A stretch of 64,000 bases of DNA from Candidatus Culexmicrobium cathedralense (GTDB taxonomy: Archaea > Thermoproteota > Methanomethylicia > Culexarchaeales > Culexmicrobiaceae): NCBI GenBank assembly GCA_025061115.1, contig JANZKC010000001.1:779366-843365 (forward strand). The letters run 5' to 3'. The stretch's first letter is position 1. Every line of letters begins with the position of its first letter. Below are positions 27,929 to 40,199 of this stretch, in pieces. Under the pieces are notes generated by a model, which saw only the letters and a program-made list of their open reading frames with translations, made no database searches and had not been told where the DNA came from. The translations under genes were made by a program, and so were the position numbers.

Positions 27929-30175
27929 ACGCACTGTTCAAGGTTTTCCACTGAAAAAATATTAGGAGCCCTGTCCAACAGCACCAGAATCGAAATCCTC
28001 AAGAAGTTAAGTAGAAGCGATGAGCTGAGCTTCACCGAGTTAATGCAAGAACTCAACATGTCTCCTCGCAGCGACGCGGGAAAATTTGGCTATCATCTGA
28101 AGACGCTCGTCGAATCCGGGCTCGTGTCGACCGTTCCTGCTTCAGGGAAATATGCGCTTACAGATATTGGAAAAATCATGGCCGAGCTCATTTGGGAAAT
28201 TGAAGAAATTAGCAGGAAGAAATCTAAGCGCATGCTTGTTAGAACCTCAAGTTTAACCATGGAGCCATTTGAGAGAAGAAAAATCGTTGAAGCATTAATA
28301 CGTGAAGCAAATGCTCCTAGAAGAATAGCGGAAGCCATAGCCAAAGAAGCTGAGGAGAGGCTTTTAAAGCTCGAAATAAGCTATTTGACTGCACCCCTAA
28401 TCAGAGAGTTTGTGAATGCAATATTGCTGGAGCAAGGGTTAGAGGATTATCGGCACTCAATGACAAGACTGGGTTTGCCGGTCTATGATGTAGAGAAGCT
28501 ACTTGAAGAAGAACATTACATCCCAACTTTTCCAGACAAAGTGCATGCAGCAACGGGAGACGCAGTAATGAGCGAATATGCTTTAATCAAGCAGCTTCCA
28601 AGGAGAGTGTCTGATGCACATTTAGCCGGTATGATACATATATGCAATACCAATTATTGGATGCTTCGTCCAGCTACAATTCATCATGATCTGTCATTTT
28701 TCTTGAAGAAAGGTTTTGAAGTGAGAGACGCAGGTCTAACGCTTGCATTTAGCGGTCCACCTAAAAGCCTTCGAGCTGCACTTCTCTTTGCAATTAGGCT
28801 TGCCCATCTAATGCAGAGCAATTTGGCGGTAGGTCAGTTAATAGATAACGTAAACTACATATTAGCTCCATACGCGTCAAACTTGAAGATAGAGGAAATG
28901 AAAAAGGCAGTTCGTGAAGCACTATTATATTTAAATCAAACTCTGACTTCAAGAGGAAGTGTAGTTCCACTTGCATTTGGCTTAACGGTATCTCCACCAA
29001 AGTACATTGAAGAAAATTATAATGACTACATAGATGAAGCCATATCCTTATTCAAGGCGATTTTACAGGCAATGTACGAAGGAGACTTCGCAAAAAAACC
29101 GTTCATCAGCCCACTCCCCATAATTAAGATTTGCGGAAGAATGTTAAGCGGAAAAGAAGATTATGAAGAAATTTTGGAGGAAGTTTGTAAGCTAACTTCA
29201 AAGTGGGCTACACCTTACTTCATAAACTTGAATGCTGAATGGCAAACCAGAGAAGTAAGTTATGGGTGGGATTTATCAAGGTTAGAGGCAAAGAAGAGTG
29301 AAGATGCAAAGTATCTATTGACGCAGACTGGGTGCTTAGATACTGTTATCATAAATTTGCCGAGAATTGCTTTAGAGGCAAATGGTGATGATGAAGAATT
29401 CTTCTCAAAACTTAAAGGTTCGATCTCTCTTGCTGTGGAAACACTGAATGCTAAACGCGAGTCAATTGATAAACAACTGGAGAAGGGGCATCTATCGCTC
29501 CTGAACATACAGTCGGGAGGAGTACCATACTACCATCTGGAAAATACTACCTGCAATATCGGCTATATAGGGATGCCCGAGGCTGTAAAAATTCACGTTG
29601 GAACATGGGTACATGAAGATGTTAATGCGCTATCATTTGCTGAAAAAATCGTGGATTTCATGTTAAGAGAAATAAGAAAGAGGAGAGGACGCTGGACAAT
29701 AACTTGCATATCTCTTGAAAACGCGAGTGAAAGGCTCTTAAGAACAGACATTGCGAGATTTGGTCTTAAAAGAGTTCAGGAGGAGGTTGGTGGAGAGCTT
29801 CATTACACCCACAATATGCACGTACCAATGCACGCGCAAGTGCCGCTTAGTAGGAGAATAGCCATTGAAAGCAGATTTCAAAAGAAACTTAATGGGGGAC
29901 ATGGCTTAAACATATATCTTCGAGAGCCCATGCCAGATGCAGATTACCTCATAAAATGCCTGAGAAGCATTGCAACACGTACAGATTTAGGAGCCTTTAC
30001 ACTCACTAGGGACTGGACGTACTGTAAATGGTGTGGGAAATTATTCGGCGGCTTTCAAGAGAAATGCCTAAATTGTGGAAGATCTTTGAAGAATATAATA
30101 CATTACACCAAGATGGTAAATGTATATGAAGTTTTGATTGAAAGACGCATTAGAAGAGTGAAATATGCAATCTAA
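27929..30175 (+). CDS. ArsR-type HTH + ATP-cone + inactive class III RNR (NrdD)-like fusion protein
   Basis: Frame is open back to 27926 (ALSNSTRIEILKKL...FTEL...GKFGYHL); ATP cone VRTS...EPFERRKI; NrdD-like DAHLAG.IH, INLPRIA and Zn ribbon; no RxxGY motif. Confidence 0.8.
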   Translation, partial: THCSRFSTEKILGALSNSTRIEILKKLSRSDELSFTELMQELNMSPRSDAGKFGYHLKTLVESGLVSTVPASGKYALTDIGKIMAELIWEIEEISRKKSKRMLVRTSSLTMEPFERRKIVEALIREANAPRRIAEAIAKEAEERLLKLEISYLTAPLIREFVNAILLEQGLEDYRHSMTRLGLPVYDVEKLLEEEHYIPTFPDKVHAATGDAVMSEYALIKQLPRRVSDAHLAGMIHICNTNYWMLRPATIHHDLSFFLKKGFEVRDAGLTLAFSGPPKSLRAALLFAIRLAHLMQSNLAVGQLIDNVNYILAPYASNLKIEEMKKAVREALLYLNQTLTSRGSVVPLAFGLTVSPPKYIEENYNDYIDEAISLFKAILQAMYEGDFAKKPFISPLPIIKICGRMLSGKEDYEEILEEVCKLTSKWATPYFINLNAEWQTREVSYGWDLSRLEAKKSEDAKYLLTQTGCLDTVIINLPRIALEANGDDEEFFSKLKGSISLAVETLNAKRESIDKQLEKGHLSLLNIQSGGVPYYHLENTTCNIGYIGMPEAVKIHVGTWVHEDVNALSFAEKIVDFMLREIRKRRGRWTITCISLENASERLLRTDIARFGLKRVQEEVGGELHYTHNMHVPMHAQVPLSRRIAIESRFQKKLNGGHGLNIYLREPMPDADYLIKCLRSIATRTDLGAFTLTRDWTYCKWCGKLFGGFQEKCLNCGRSLKNIIHYTKMVNVYEVLIERRIRRVKYAI

Positions 30176-30177
30176 AT

Positions 30178-31176
<999 letters not shown>

Positions 31177-31181
31177 TCAAG

Positions 31182-31673
31182 TTGAAAGTTTTAGTGGGCG
31201 GCAAAGTGAAGAAAGAGGAGTTACGCATACAGAAAATCAAGTGTGGCACTGTAATTGATCACATAGCTGCTGGCCATGCACTTAGTGTGTTAAAAATACT
31301 CAACATAACAGGGCGCGAAGGTTACATAGTCAGCATAGCCATGAATGTGCCCAGCAAAAAGTTTGGGAAGAAAGACATAGTGAAAGTTGAAGGTCGAGAA
31401 TTAAAGGAGGAGGAAGTTAACAAGATAGCGTTAATCGCACCTACAGCTACGATAAACATAATTGAAAACTATAAGGTCATAAAAAAGAACAGAATAAGGC
31501 TGCCAAATAAAATTGAGGGCATAATTAAGTGCAGAAATCCAATGTGCATAACAAACAGCGCAAGAGAGCCTGTCACGCCGAAATTCATAGTTATTGACAG
31601 AAAGCCTTTAAGGTTGCGCTGTGAATATTGCGGAACGATCCTAGAAACAGAAGATATTGTGAAGCAGTTTTAA
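31182..31673 (+). CDS. pyrI: Aspartate carbamoyltransferase regulatory subunit
   Basis: GTVIDHI, KKDIVKVE, CRNPMC, RCEYC. Confidence 0.95.
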   Translation: MKVLVGGKVKKEELRIQKIKCGTVIDHIAAGHALSVLKILNITGREGYIVSIAMNVPSKKFGKKDIVKVEGRELKEEEVNKIALIAPTATINIIENYKVIKKNRIRLPNKIEGIIKCRNPMCITNSAREPVTPKFIVIDRKPLRLRCEYCGTILETEDIVKQF

Positions 31674-31733
31674 TTGTAAAATATTTAAAGGTGCCTCAAG
31701 ACAAAATTCAAAGACCTTAGGAGTGAACTGTAA

Positions 31734-32063
31734 ATGGGCGCACTAGCCGAAAAACTGAAAGAAATACTAGAGGCGGAGATGAAAGCCGAAGAAATGATCA
31801 GGCAAGCTAAAAGAAGAGCTGAAGAAATAGAGAGAAATGCAAAAGCCAAAGTAGAGGAGCTTCTGAAAAATGTTGACTCAATTGCTGAGAGAAAACTTGA
31901 AGAGCTAAAGAAAGAGAAAATCGAAAGCATAGAGTCAAGCGTAAAGGAGATAATTAATCAAGCTAAAAAGGAAGCTGAAGAAATTAAGCGGAAAGCAGAA
32001 TTGAAAACCAAAGAAGCTGTAGAGGCGTTGCTAAAGGAAATTTTAGAGGTTGAGGGAGGATGA
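31734..32063 (+). CDS. atpH: A/V-type ATP synthase subunit H (peripheral stalk)
   Basis: E/K-rich coiled coil at the head of the ATPase operon. Confidence 0.75.
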   Translation: MGALAEKLKEILEAEMKAEEMIRQAKRRAEEIERNAKAKVEELLKNVDSIAERKLEELKKEKIESIESSVKEIINQAKKEAEEIKRKAELKTKEAVEALLKEILEVEGG

Positions 32064-32698
32064 CAGAGAAGATAATTGGTATGGAAAGGTTTGATGATAT
32101 AGTAGCTGGAATTCTGAAAGAAGCCAAGCAGAAGGTCGAGGAAATAATTAGTAAGGCCAAAGAGCAAGCCGACGCAATGATAGCGGAAGCCGAAAGGAAA
32201 GTTGAAGAGCAAGTTAAGCAGAGACTAGCCAAGCTGCTTGCGTCAGTTGAAGAAGAGGGGAGAAGGAGAATTTCCGAGGCAAAGCTTGAAGCTAGACGAA
32301 TAATTCTTCAAGCAAAGGAAGAAGCGATAATGAGAGTTTTCGACGAAGTGACTACCAAGTTGAAAGAAATCGTTGAAAAACCAGAGTACGCCAAAATACT
32401 TGAAAAGCTCATTTGCGAAGCAGGAGAAGCTCTCGGCGGAGGGGAGCTGGTAGCCACTTTAAATGAAAGGGATGCAAACATAAAAATAGATTGGGAAGGT
32501 ATTGCCAAGAAGATAGAAAGCAAAGTTGGACGAGAAACTAAAATACAGGGAACTTATGGCAAGGTGAGCGATATCGGAGGGGTAATTGTCAGCACTGCCG
32601 ATGGGAAATTCACTTTTGATAACACGTTCGAGGGAAGAATGAAGAGAATGGAAAAGAAACTAAGGCTAATAGCATCAAACGTGCTATTGAGGGGATAG
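32060..32698 (+). CDS. atpE: A/V-type ATP synthase subunit E
   Basis: Coiled coil plus IGGVI...DNTFE. Confidence 0.9.
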   Translation: MTEKIIGMERFDDIVAGILKEAKQKVEEIISKAKEQADAMIAEAERKVEEQVKQRLAKLLASVEEEGRRRISEAKLEARRIILQAKEEAIMRVFDEVTTKLKEIVEKPEYAKILEKLICEAGEALGGGELVATLNERDANIKIDWEGIAKKIESKVGRETKIQGTYGKVSDIGGVIVSTADGKFTFDNTFEGRMKRMEKKLRLIASNVLLRG

Positions 32699-32700
32699 GA

Positions 32701-33015
32701 GTGCGAATAGCATTAGTTGGAGACTACGATACGGTAATTGGATTCAAGCTAGCTGGCATAAGTAGAGCCTACGTCGTAAGTGAAGCAAGTGAAGCTGAAA
32801 GTGTAATTAGAAAATTATCTAGAGATCCAAACATAGCGATAATCATTTTGACAGAATCTCTTGCAAGCCAAATTAGAGGTTTTTTAAGGCAACTTTACGA
32901 AAAAACGCGACCAGTAATTGTAGAGATTCCTGATAAGAGGGGGCCTATACCTACTATGGAGTTTGTTAAAGATTTAATTAGAAGAACAGTTGGAGTAGAA
33001 GTTAAGTTAGAGTAG
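32701..33015 (+). CDS. atpF: A/V-type ATP synthase subunit F
   Basis: VGD.DT..GF.LAG, PVIVEIP, IRR.VG. Confidence 0.92.
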   Translation: MRIALVGDYDTVIGFKLAGISRAYVVSEASEAESVIRKLSRDPNIAIIILTESLASQIRGFLRQLYEKTRPVIVEIPDKRGPIPTMEFVKDLIRRTVGVEVKLE

Positions 33016-33024
33016 GTGTGAGTC

Positions 33025-34809
33025 ATGGAGAGGATTGGCAAGATAATTAGAGTTGCTGGCCCAGTAGTTGCTGCTGAAGGACTTAGAGGAGCAAAAATGT
33101 ATGAAGTCGCTGGCGTTGGGAAGGAGAGATTGATAGGGGAAATTATTCGACTACAGGGTGATGTTGCCATAATTCAAGTTTATGAAGAAACTGCAGGATT
33201 AAAACCCGGAGACCCGGTATATGCTACTGGTAAGCCACTTTCAGTTGAATTAGGCCCCGGCCTTATTGGTCAGATTTATGACGGAATTCAAAGACCATTA
33301 CCTGAAATTCGAAGAAGAATTGGAGATTTCGTGAAAAGAGGAGTAACAGCACCAGCATTACCACGTAATAAGAAGTGGCATTTTACACCAAAAGTAAAGG
33401 TTGGAGATAAAGTTCAAGGAGGAGACATTCTCGGGGTTGTTCCAGAAACGCCATTAATTGAGCACAGAATACTTGTCCCACCCGACATCTCCGGAAAAAT
33501 CGTTGAAGTAGCTGATGAAGGGGAATACACCGTTGAAGAGGTAGTAGCTAAAGTCGAAACTCGCGAAGGAATAGTGCCCATTAAAATGCTCCAAATTTGG
33601 CCCGTTAGAAAGCCTAGGCCATTTAAGATAAAGCTCTCACCAAATGAACCTCTAATAACTGGGCAGAGAGTTATTGATGCCCTGTTCCCAATAGCTAAAG
33701 GAGGAACAGCAGCAATCCCTGGCGGGTTCGGAACAGGAAAAACCGTTACTCAGCATCAACTTGCAAAGTGGAGCCACGCAGATGTAATCGTCTATGTAGG
33801 GTGTGGTGAAAGAGGCAACGAAATGACTGAAGTATTAGAGAGATTTCCGGAACTCAAAGATCCGAAAAGCGGACGCCCACTAATGGAAAGAACGATACTT
33901 ATAGCTAACGTTAGTAACATGCCTGTGGCAGCCAGGGAAGCAAGCATATACACGGGAATAACCATTGCCGAGTACTTCAGGGATATGGGATATGACGTAG
34001 CCTTAATGGCCGACTCAACTTCACGCTGGGCCGAAGCACTAAGGGAAATTAGCGGCAGACTTGAGGAAATGCCAGGTGAGGAAGGATTCCCCCCATATCT
34101 TGGAGCAAGACTCGCTGAATTCTATGAGAGAGCAGGTAAAGTGATAACCGTAGGAAGCGAAGAGAGAGTTGGATCAGTAAGCGTTATAGGTGCAGTTTCT
34201 CCGCCTGGCGGCGACTTCTCAGAGCCGGTAGTACAGTGCACATTAAGAGTAGTCAAAGTTTTCTGGGCATTAGACAAATCGCTGGCAGAAAGGAGGCACT
34301 TTCCCGCCATAAACTGGCTAATAAGCTATTCACTTTACACCGACACAATGCAGGAGTGGTATTCCGAAAACTTAGCTCCAGACTGGCCTAAGATTAGGGC
34401 AGAGGCTATGGCGATTTTGCAAAAAGAGGATGAATTAAAAGAAATTGTAAGATTAGTAGGACCAGACGCCCTCCCAGAGTCGGACAGGGAAATACTTGAA
34501 GTTGCTAGGATGATCAGGGAAGACTTTCTCATGCAACACGCGTACCATCCAGTTGATTCATATTGCCCTATCGAGAAGACATACCTCCTCCTGAAGACAA
34601 TACTTCACTTCCATCATCGAGCTAGAGGTGCTATGCGAGAGGGAGTTCCCCTCTCAAGGATTTTAGCATTACCAGTAAAAGATGAGATTGCAAGGCTAAA
34701 AATTGTGCCAGTAGAGAGATTTAAGGAGGCTTATGAGTATATGATTAAGGCAATTAATGATCAAATTAATCGGCTAATAGAGGAGATAAAAACTGAGGAG
34801 GAAAGATAA
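33025..34809 (+). CDS. atpA: A/V-type ATP synthase subunit A
   Basis: [30 protein letters not shown]; no intein. Confidence 0.97.
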   Translation: MERIGKIIRVAGPVVAAEGLRGAKMYEVAGVGKERLIGEIIRLQGDVAIIQVYEETAGLKPGDPVYATGKPLSVELGPGLIGQIYDGIQRPLPEIRRRIGDFVKRGVTAPALPRNKKWHFTPKVKVGDKVQGGDILGVVPETPLIEHRILVPPDISGKIVEVADEGEYTVEEVVAKVETREGIVPIKMLQIWPVRKPRPFKIKLSPNEPLITGQRVIDALFPIAKGGTAAIPGGFGTGKTVTQHQLAKWSHADVIVYVGCGERGNEMTEVLERFPELKDPKSGRPLMERTILIANVSNMPVAAREASIYTGITIAEYFRDMGYDVALMADSTSRWAEALREISGRLEEMPGEEGFPPYLGARLAEFYERAGKVITVGSEERVGSVSVIGAVSPPGGDFSEPVVQCTLRVVKVFWALDKSLAERRHFPAINWLISYSLYTDTMQEWYSENLAPDWPKIRAEAMAILQKEDELKEIVRLVGPDALPESDREILEVARMIREDFLMQHAYHPVDSYCPIEKTYLLLKTILHFHHRARGAMREGVPLSRILALPVKDEIARLKIVPVERFKEAYEYMIKAINDQINRLIEEIKTEEER

Positions 34810-36233
34810 TGGCAAGCACTTATGACGAAAAAAGACTTAAGGCAATAGAATACCGAACAGTTGCAGAGGTATCAGGACCATTGCTGATAGTGAAAGATGT
34901 ACAGGGAGTAGCTTATGGAGAGCTAGTGAAAATAGAAACGCCTACTGGAGAAATAAGGACAGGGACAGTGCTAGAAACAGGGCTGGGATATGCGATTATA
35001 CAAGTATTTGAGGGAACCAGAGACTTGGATACAAGCAAAACAACCGTTAGGTTTACAGGAGAAACAATGAAGCTCCCAGTTTCAATCGACATGCTTGGCA
35101 GAATATTCGATGGAAGGGGGGAGCCCATCGATGGAGGGCCGCCAATAATACCGGAAGACGAGCTAGATATTCATGGAGCTCCAATAAACCCAGCAGCAAG
35201 AGAATACCCCAAGGAATTCATCCAGACAGGGATTTCTGCAATAGACGGAATGAACACGCTAAGCAGAGGACAAAAGCTCCCGTTGTTTACTGAATCTGGA
35301 TTGCCACACAACGTTTTGACGGCGCAAATAGTGAGGCAAGCAACGATACCCGGCAAAGAAGAAGAATTCGCAATCGTATTTGCAGCAATGGGAATAACCA
35401 CTGAGGAGGCAATTTACTTTAAGCAAGAATTCGAAAGAACAGGAGCACTAGAACGAGTCGTAATGTTCATCAATTTAGCAGAGGACCCGGCAATTGAGAG
35501 AGTTATAACTCCAAGATTAGCATTAACAACAGCAGAATATCTGGCCTTCCAGCACGATATGCATATACTTGTAATATTAACAGACATGCTGAATTACGGG
35601 GAAGCTCTAAGGGAGATAAGCGCAGCAAGAGAAGAAGTTCCGGGAAGAAGAGGGTTCCCAGGATACCTCTACACAGACCTTGCAACAAATTATGAAAGAT
35701 GCGGTAGAATAAGAGGAAAGAAAGGAAGCATAACGCTAATTCCAATAGTAACCATGCCTGGTGGAGATGTGACCCACCCAGTAGTAGACTTAACAGGGTA
35801 CATTACTGAAGGACAAATATACTTGGATAGAGCATTGCATAGAAAAGGCATTTACCCGCCAATTAACGTTTTGCCATCGCTCTCCAGATTAATGAAGGAA
35901 GCAACACGATACACACGTAAAGATCATCAGTCCCTAAGCGACCAACTTTACTACTGCTATGCCGAAGGAGTTGAGCTAAGAGGATTAGTAGCAGTAGTTG
36001 GAGAAGAAGCGTTAACTGAACGCGACCGCAAGTACTTAGAATTTGCAGATGCATTCGAAAGGAGATTTATCGCGCAGGGAATTTATGAAAACAGAGATCT
36101 TGAAACAACTTTACGAATAGGCTGGGACCTACTATGTGAATTCATACCTGAATCAGAGTGGAAACGACTAGACCCAGACATAATCCGTCAATATTGCCCA
36201 AGATACGCAAGTATTGCTGCAGAGAGCTCCTAG
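34809..36233 (+). CDS. atpB: A/V-type ATP synthase subunit B
   Basis: [36 protein letters not shown]. Confidence 0.97.
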   Translation: MASTYDEKRLKAIEYRTVAEVSGPLLIVKDVQGVAYGELVKIETPTGEIRTGTVLETGLGYAIIQVFEGTRDLDTSKTTVRFTGETMKLPVSIDMLGRIFDGRGEPIDGGPPIIPEDELDIHGAPINPAAREYPKEFIQTGISAIDGMNTLSRGQKLPLFTESGLPHNVLTAQIVRQATIPGKEEEFAIVFAAMGITTEEAIYFKQEFERTGALERVVMFINLAEDPAIERVITPRLALTTAEYLAFQHDMHILVILTDMLNYGEALREISAAREEVPGRRGFPGYLYTDLATNYERCGRIRGKKGSITLIPIVTMPGGDVTHPVVDLTGYITEGQIYLDRALHRKGIYPPINVLPSLSRLMKEATRYTRKDHQSLSDQLYYCYAEGVELRGLVAVVGEEALTERDRKYLEFADAFERRFIAQGIYENRDLETTLRIGWDLLCEFIPESEWKRLDPDIIRQYCPRYASIAAESS

Positions 36234-36338
36234 CTTATATTTTTGCTACCTTTTCGACCATCCAATTTGATTTCGGCGCTATTACTAACATAAGCAGTTG
36301 TAGTTAGAAATATATCGTTAATGAACAGTAGCATAAAT

Positions 36339-36414
36339 GGGGCCGTAGTCTAGCCTGGTCTAGGACGTCGCCCTCGGGCGGCGAAGATCGTGGGTTCAAA
36401 TCCCACCGGCCCCA
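36339..36414 (+). tRNA. tRNA-Pro(CGG), intronless, CCA not encoded
   Basis: GGGGCCG/CGGCCCC acceptor, TCGCC-CTCGGGC-GGCGA arm. Confidence 0.93.
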
Positions 36415-36553
36415 CTTTTATCTACAGATTATAGATAAAAATACGTGGTAATCAAGGTTCCATATGGATACATTTTATTTTCAATCTTACATATATGATG
36501 CAGATAATATTTAAACAGAAAAAATATATTTTTCTGTTGTTTATTTAATAATT

Positions 36554-36952
36554 ATGAAAAATGTAAATTTTAGAAATATGGCATTAATTATTTCTATAGT
36601 CTCGGTGACCATTTTAATTGTTGTCGGCTAAATACTTTCAACATTCAATGTACAAGAAGCTCCTGAGAAGCTTTTTACAACCTATTGGCTTAAAGAAAAA
36701 CAATTAAATTTAAATGAAACAATGGAATTTTTAAATAAAAGAGTGCTTAAAATTCAATTGCCGACAAACATTCCTGAGGAATATAAACTGAAAATCATTT
36801 TCGCATTTGGCACGCAATTATATTTTCTATTCTCTGATAGTGAGATTGGAATTAGGGATCTAGGTAAAAACGAAGTTGAAGTATGTATATACATACCAAG
36901 TCTAAATGGACCGAAACTGATGATATATATTAATTTTGATGGTCCCCGATAG
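36554..36952 (+). pseudogene. Disrupted membrane-anchored or secreted protein gene in an AT-rich islet
   Basis: ATG 36554 gives a signal/TM segment MKNVNFRNMALIISIVSVTILIVVG, then an in-frame TAA, then continues in frame into the 36722 ORF (LPTNIPEEY). Confidence 0.5.
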
Positions 36953-37404
36953 AAACCCATATTCCCTCGGCTTAAATGTCAAGAATATAACTAGTTTGGA
37001 GGAATTTAAGCAGGCCGTTGAAAATACATAGAAGATCGAATAAGTACAGAGAAATTAAAACTTGTCACCGAGGGATTTAAAGACGTTGTTATTGAAAAAC
37101 GATATATTAACGGTTGGCTAGTATGCTGTAGACAATATACTAATGCTACAAATTCTCAAGGTTGCTAATTCGTTCAACCTAGCTGGGTTCTAATCACTAC
37201 TCCAAAGGAACCATACTACTAGAGGGATGATTAATCCCTCTAGACCAGCTATGCGAAATAGCTGAGTATCATGATGATTTTATGGTAAAATTACTTTTGC
37301 AATTCATTTCTGCATCCAAAATTATAATCAATGTAAAAATGTTTTGAACTCAATTAACAAATATCAGGATTTTAAGTATTTTTATAGAAGAATGCTTCAA
37401 TGAA

Positions 37405-37695
37405 CTATCGTGGTAGCGCCCAGAATACTAAGAAGGCTATAATGAACGCAAATAGTTTTGTACCATTTGTTAAATACATTTCAACTCTATACTTTCCACT
37501 TTTATCTCGACCTTTAAGTTCCACTTTCGCTAACTCATTGAGTGATATTACATCGACATCAAGGTAGGAAAGAGGTGACTTTGATATAAGGGAGCCAGCG
37601 AAGGGAGCTTCCGGGATGTATATAAACTCAATTTTATCACGGTCACGTTTACCTTTATAAATTGCGTCATACGTCTTAGGGTTTATCAGTGTCAT
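37405..37695 (-). pseudogene. Probable gene fragment with C-terminal hydrophobic segment
   Basis: 96-aa ORF in the AT-rich degraded islet. Confidence 0.35.
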
Positions 37696-37857
37696 TTTTG
37701 TTCATGCTCTCTTATGATTACTATTTTCTGGGTCTCTAATTATTTCTCCAGGAATTTCAACTTTTAACTTATATTTCTGCAATATTTTTGGAAGGGTCTC
37801 CCTCTGAGGAGGCTGATCATTGCATTGTAAAACCGTTCAGCTTCTCTTTCATGTAGT

Positions 37858-39264
37858 TTAAAATTTTCCTTCCTTTTTGAGTATGCTTCTCGCTACAATG
37901 ATTCCTGTTGCAGCAGCTATAACTATTCCTCTTGATAGCCCTGCGCCGTCACCAGCTACGTATAGATTAGGTATCGGTGTTTCCAATTCGTTGTTTGTCT
38001 GCACTCTATTTGCTGAGAACTTTACTTCTGGAGCATATAGAAGCGTTGAAGAGCTTGCTACGCCGGGTATTATCTTATCTAGGGTTTCTAGCCCTTCAAG
38101 TATGTCTGTAAGTATTCTATGCGGTAGGACCATTGCTATGTCTCCGGGAGTTGCAGATTTTAATGTTGGTTTCACGTGGCTGTGAGAAATTCTATTCCAA
38201 GTTGACCTTCTTCCCATTCTCAGGTCTCCTAGCCTTTGTATTATTGGTTTTCCTCCTCCAAGGATTGTGGCTAGCTTTGCTATTGAGCGCCCATAAGCAG
38301 TAGTATCTTCTATTGGCTCTGTCAAGGTTATCTTTACAAGAAATGCAAAATTGGTATTTTGAGATTGCTCGCCAACCATTGAGTGCCCGTTCACTCCCAC
38401 GAAATCGTCGTAAAGTTCTTGGACAACGAAGCCTCTGTGATTAACGCAGAAGGTTCTCACGAAATCGTCGTACGTTTTTGTGTATATGTGGAACTTCGGA
38501 TCTCTACATACTTGAATTACGGGCTCCATAACTACTGCTGGAACTTCAACTCTAACACCGATATCTATAGGCTCATGCCTCGTCGGTATTCCCAATTTCT
38601 TGGCTTCTTGAGCTAGCCAGTTGGCGCCTACTCTTCCTGGCGCTGCAATTATATATTTAGCTTGAATCGACGTGCCGTCTTCTAAGATCACTTCCCCCGG
38701 ATTTATTTTAATAACTCTCTTTCTTAACAGGAATTTTACTCCACGTTTCTCTAGATCTTGCTTGAAATTTTTGATTACTTGTGGTGCTAAATCTGAGCCC
38801 ATGTGTCGTTGGGGTATTGGAATAAATTTAGCGCCTACTGCTGCCGCTCTTCTCTCTAATTCCTCAATAGCAACACTGTCTCCTAGATGCGTTTTCTTAG
38901 GTGCACCATATTTCAAAAAGATTGAATCCACGTAATTTACAAGTTCCTGAGCTTTTTCATGAGACTCAACTAAACTTACTAGATCCCCGCCGATGTCAGG
39001 TCTTAAATTTAACAATCCTCCCGATAGGGTTCCTGCGCCACCCACGCCGCACATTATGTTGCATGGAGAGCATTTCCTGCAAAAAGCATATGATTTTGCC
39101 GGGCAAATTCGCTCATCTACATCTCCTCCTTGATCTATTATGATGATTGATAACTTGCTTTTGCTTGAGAGCTCATATGCTGCGAAAAGCCCCGCTGGAC
39201 CGGCACCAATTATCACAACGTCTATCTGCAAAGTAGCCACCGGTGGCTTAAAATTGCAGAACAC
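37858..39264 (-). CDS. FAD-dependent oxidoreductase (COG2509-like)
   Basis: GAGPAG, C..C.PC...G.GGAG, RTFC.N, NGHS, LLYAPEVKF, AGDGAG..RG. Confidence 0.88.
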   Translation of the reverse strand: MFCNFKPPVATLQIDVVIIGAGPAGLFAAYELSSKSKLSIIIIDQGGDVDERICPAKSYAFCRKCSPCNIMCGVGGAGTLSGGLLNLRPDIGGDLVSLVESHEKAQELVNYVDSIFLKYGAPKKTHLGDSVAIEELERRAAAVGAKFIPIPQRHMGSDLAPQVIKNFKQDLEKRGVKFLLRKRVIKINPGEVILEDGTSIQAKYIIAAPGRVGANWLAQEAKKLGIPTRHEPIDIGVRVEVPAVVMEPVIQVCRDPKFHIYTKTYDDFVRTFCVNHRGFVVQELYDDFVGVNGHSMVGEQSQNTNFAFLVKITLTEPIEDTTAYGRSIAKLATILGGGKPIIQRLGDLRMGRRSTWNRISHSHVKPTLKSATPGDIAMVLPHRILTDILEGLETLDKIIPGVASSSTLLYAPEVKFSANRVQTNNELETPIPNLYVAGDGAGLSRGIVIAAATGIIVARSILKKEGKF

Positions 39265-39288
39265 TAATAAAAGGATAGTGCTTCTGCA

Positions 39289-40161
39289 TTATTCTGAGCT
39301 TATTGATAGTCTTTGCAGGGTGGTGATCTCGCCTAGAAATGTTCCGTCCAATAAGTACACTTCTGAAGCGCGTATGTGCATAATTTCAGCTTCTAAGAGT
39401 GGTCCTAGAAGAGACATGTTTTTAAACTTATTTATTGCAGCACCGCGCAGGTAGGCGTTGAAGGCAGGCATTATTATTATGCTTTTAGTTCTAGGGAAAA
39501 ATCCAAAAGCCTTCTTAAATGTTTCAATCGAATTTTCAGCAATTCTAATTTTTCTGTATTTTAGATAATCGCTAATTAATTTCTCAGTAGAAACTTCAAC
39601 TTTAACCCACACTGGTTCTACCAATTTGAAGCCCATATGATCTCTTAGCTCGATGACCGGGTGAACGTGGCCCATTATGATGGTATCGGCTTGAAATATC
39701 GGGGGAGAAGGCCACGCATGACCGTGAATTAATCCTATTAGTGTATTACTAATAGTTTCAATGAGAACTCCCCTTACTGAGTGAATGCTCACAGCTCTAG
39801 GTGTTAAGGGTTCGATATTTCCATCATGATTGCCTGGAATAACCTCTACATCTATTCCCTCACGCAGCAATTCATTGAAGAATTTTGGAATATCTACCCA
39901 TTCGCTTGGAGATATTTTGGCAATTTCATGCTTAATGTCACCTAGCAAAATTAGCCTTGAAGGAGAATAATCATGAATTATTCGCTTTAAAGATTTAAGG
40001 AGCTTGCCTACTTGTGAAGGCACTCTAATACCTTGCGACGACAACTCGAGTTCGAAGCCTATGTGAAGATCTGTGACTATCAAAATTTTTTCTCCATCCT
40101 TTGCTGTCATCAGCAGTGCAGGCTCATCAGGTATGGGCTTTAACATAATTCTCAACGTCAA
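39289..40161 (-). CDS. Calcineurin-like metallophosphoesterase (COG1407-like)
   Basis: DLHIG, GDIKH, GNHD, HGH, GHVHP, PAFN. Confidence 0.88.
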   Translation of the reverse strand: MTLRIMLKPIPDEPALLMTAKDGEKILIVTDLHIGFELELSSQGIRVPSQVGKLLKSLKRIIHDYSPSRLILLGDIKHEIAKISPSEWVDIPKFFNELLREGIDVEVIPGNHDGNIEPLTPRAVSIHSVRGVLIETISNTLIGLIHGHAWPSPPIFQADTIIMGHVHPVIELRDHMGFKLVEPVWVKVEVSTEKLISDYLKYRKIRIAENSIETFKKAFGFFPRTKSIIIMPAFNAYLRGAAINKFKNMSLLGPLLEAEIMHIRASEVYLLDGTFLGEITTLQRLSISSE

Positions 40162-40199
40162 ATTAAATAGGCACAGTTAATTATCTCTATCTGCAGGCT

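Noticed and set aside
28043-30175. Functional anaerobic ribonucleotide reductase nrdD
   Set aside because: No glycyl-radical motif or catalytic cysteines visible; no activase gene adjacent
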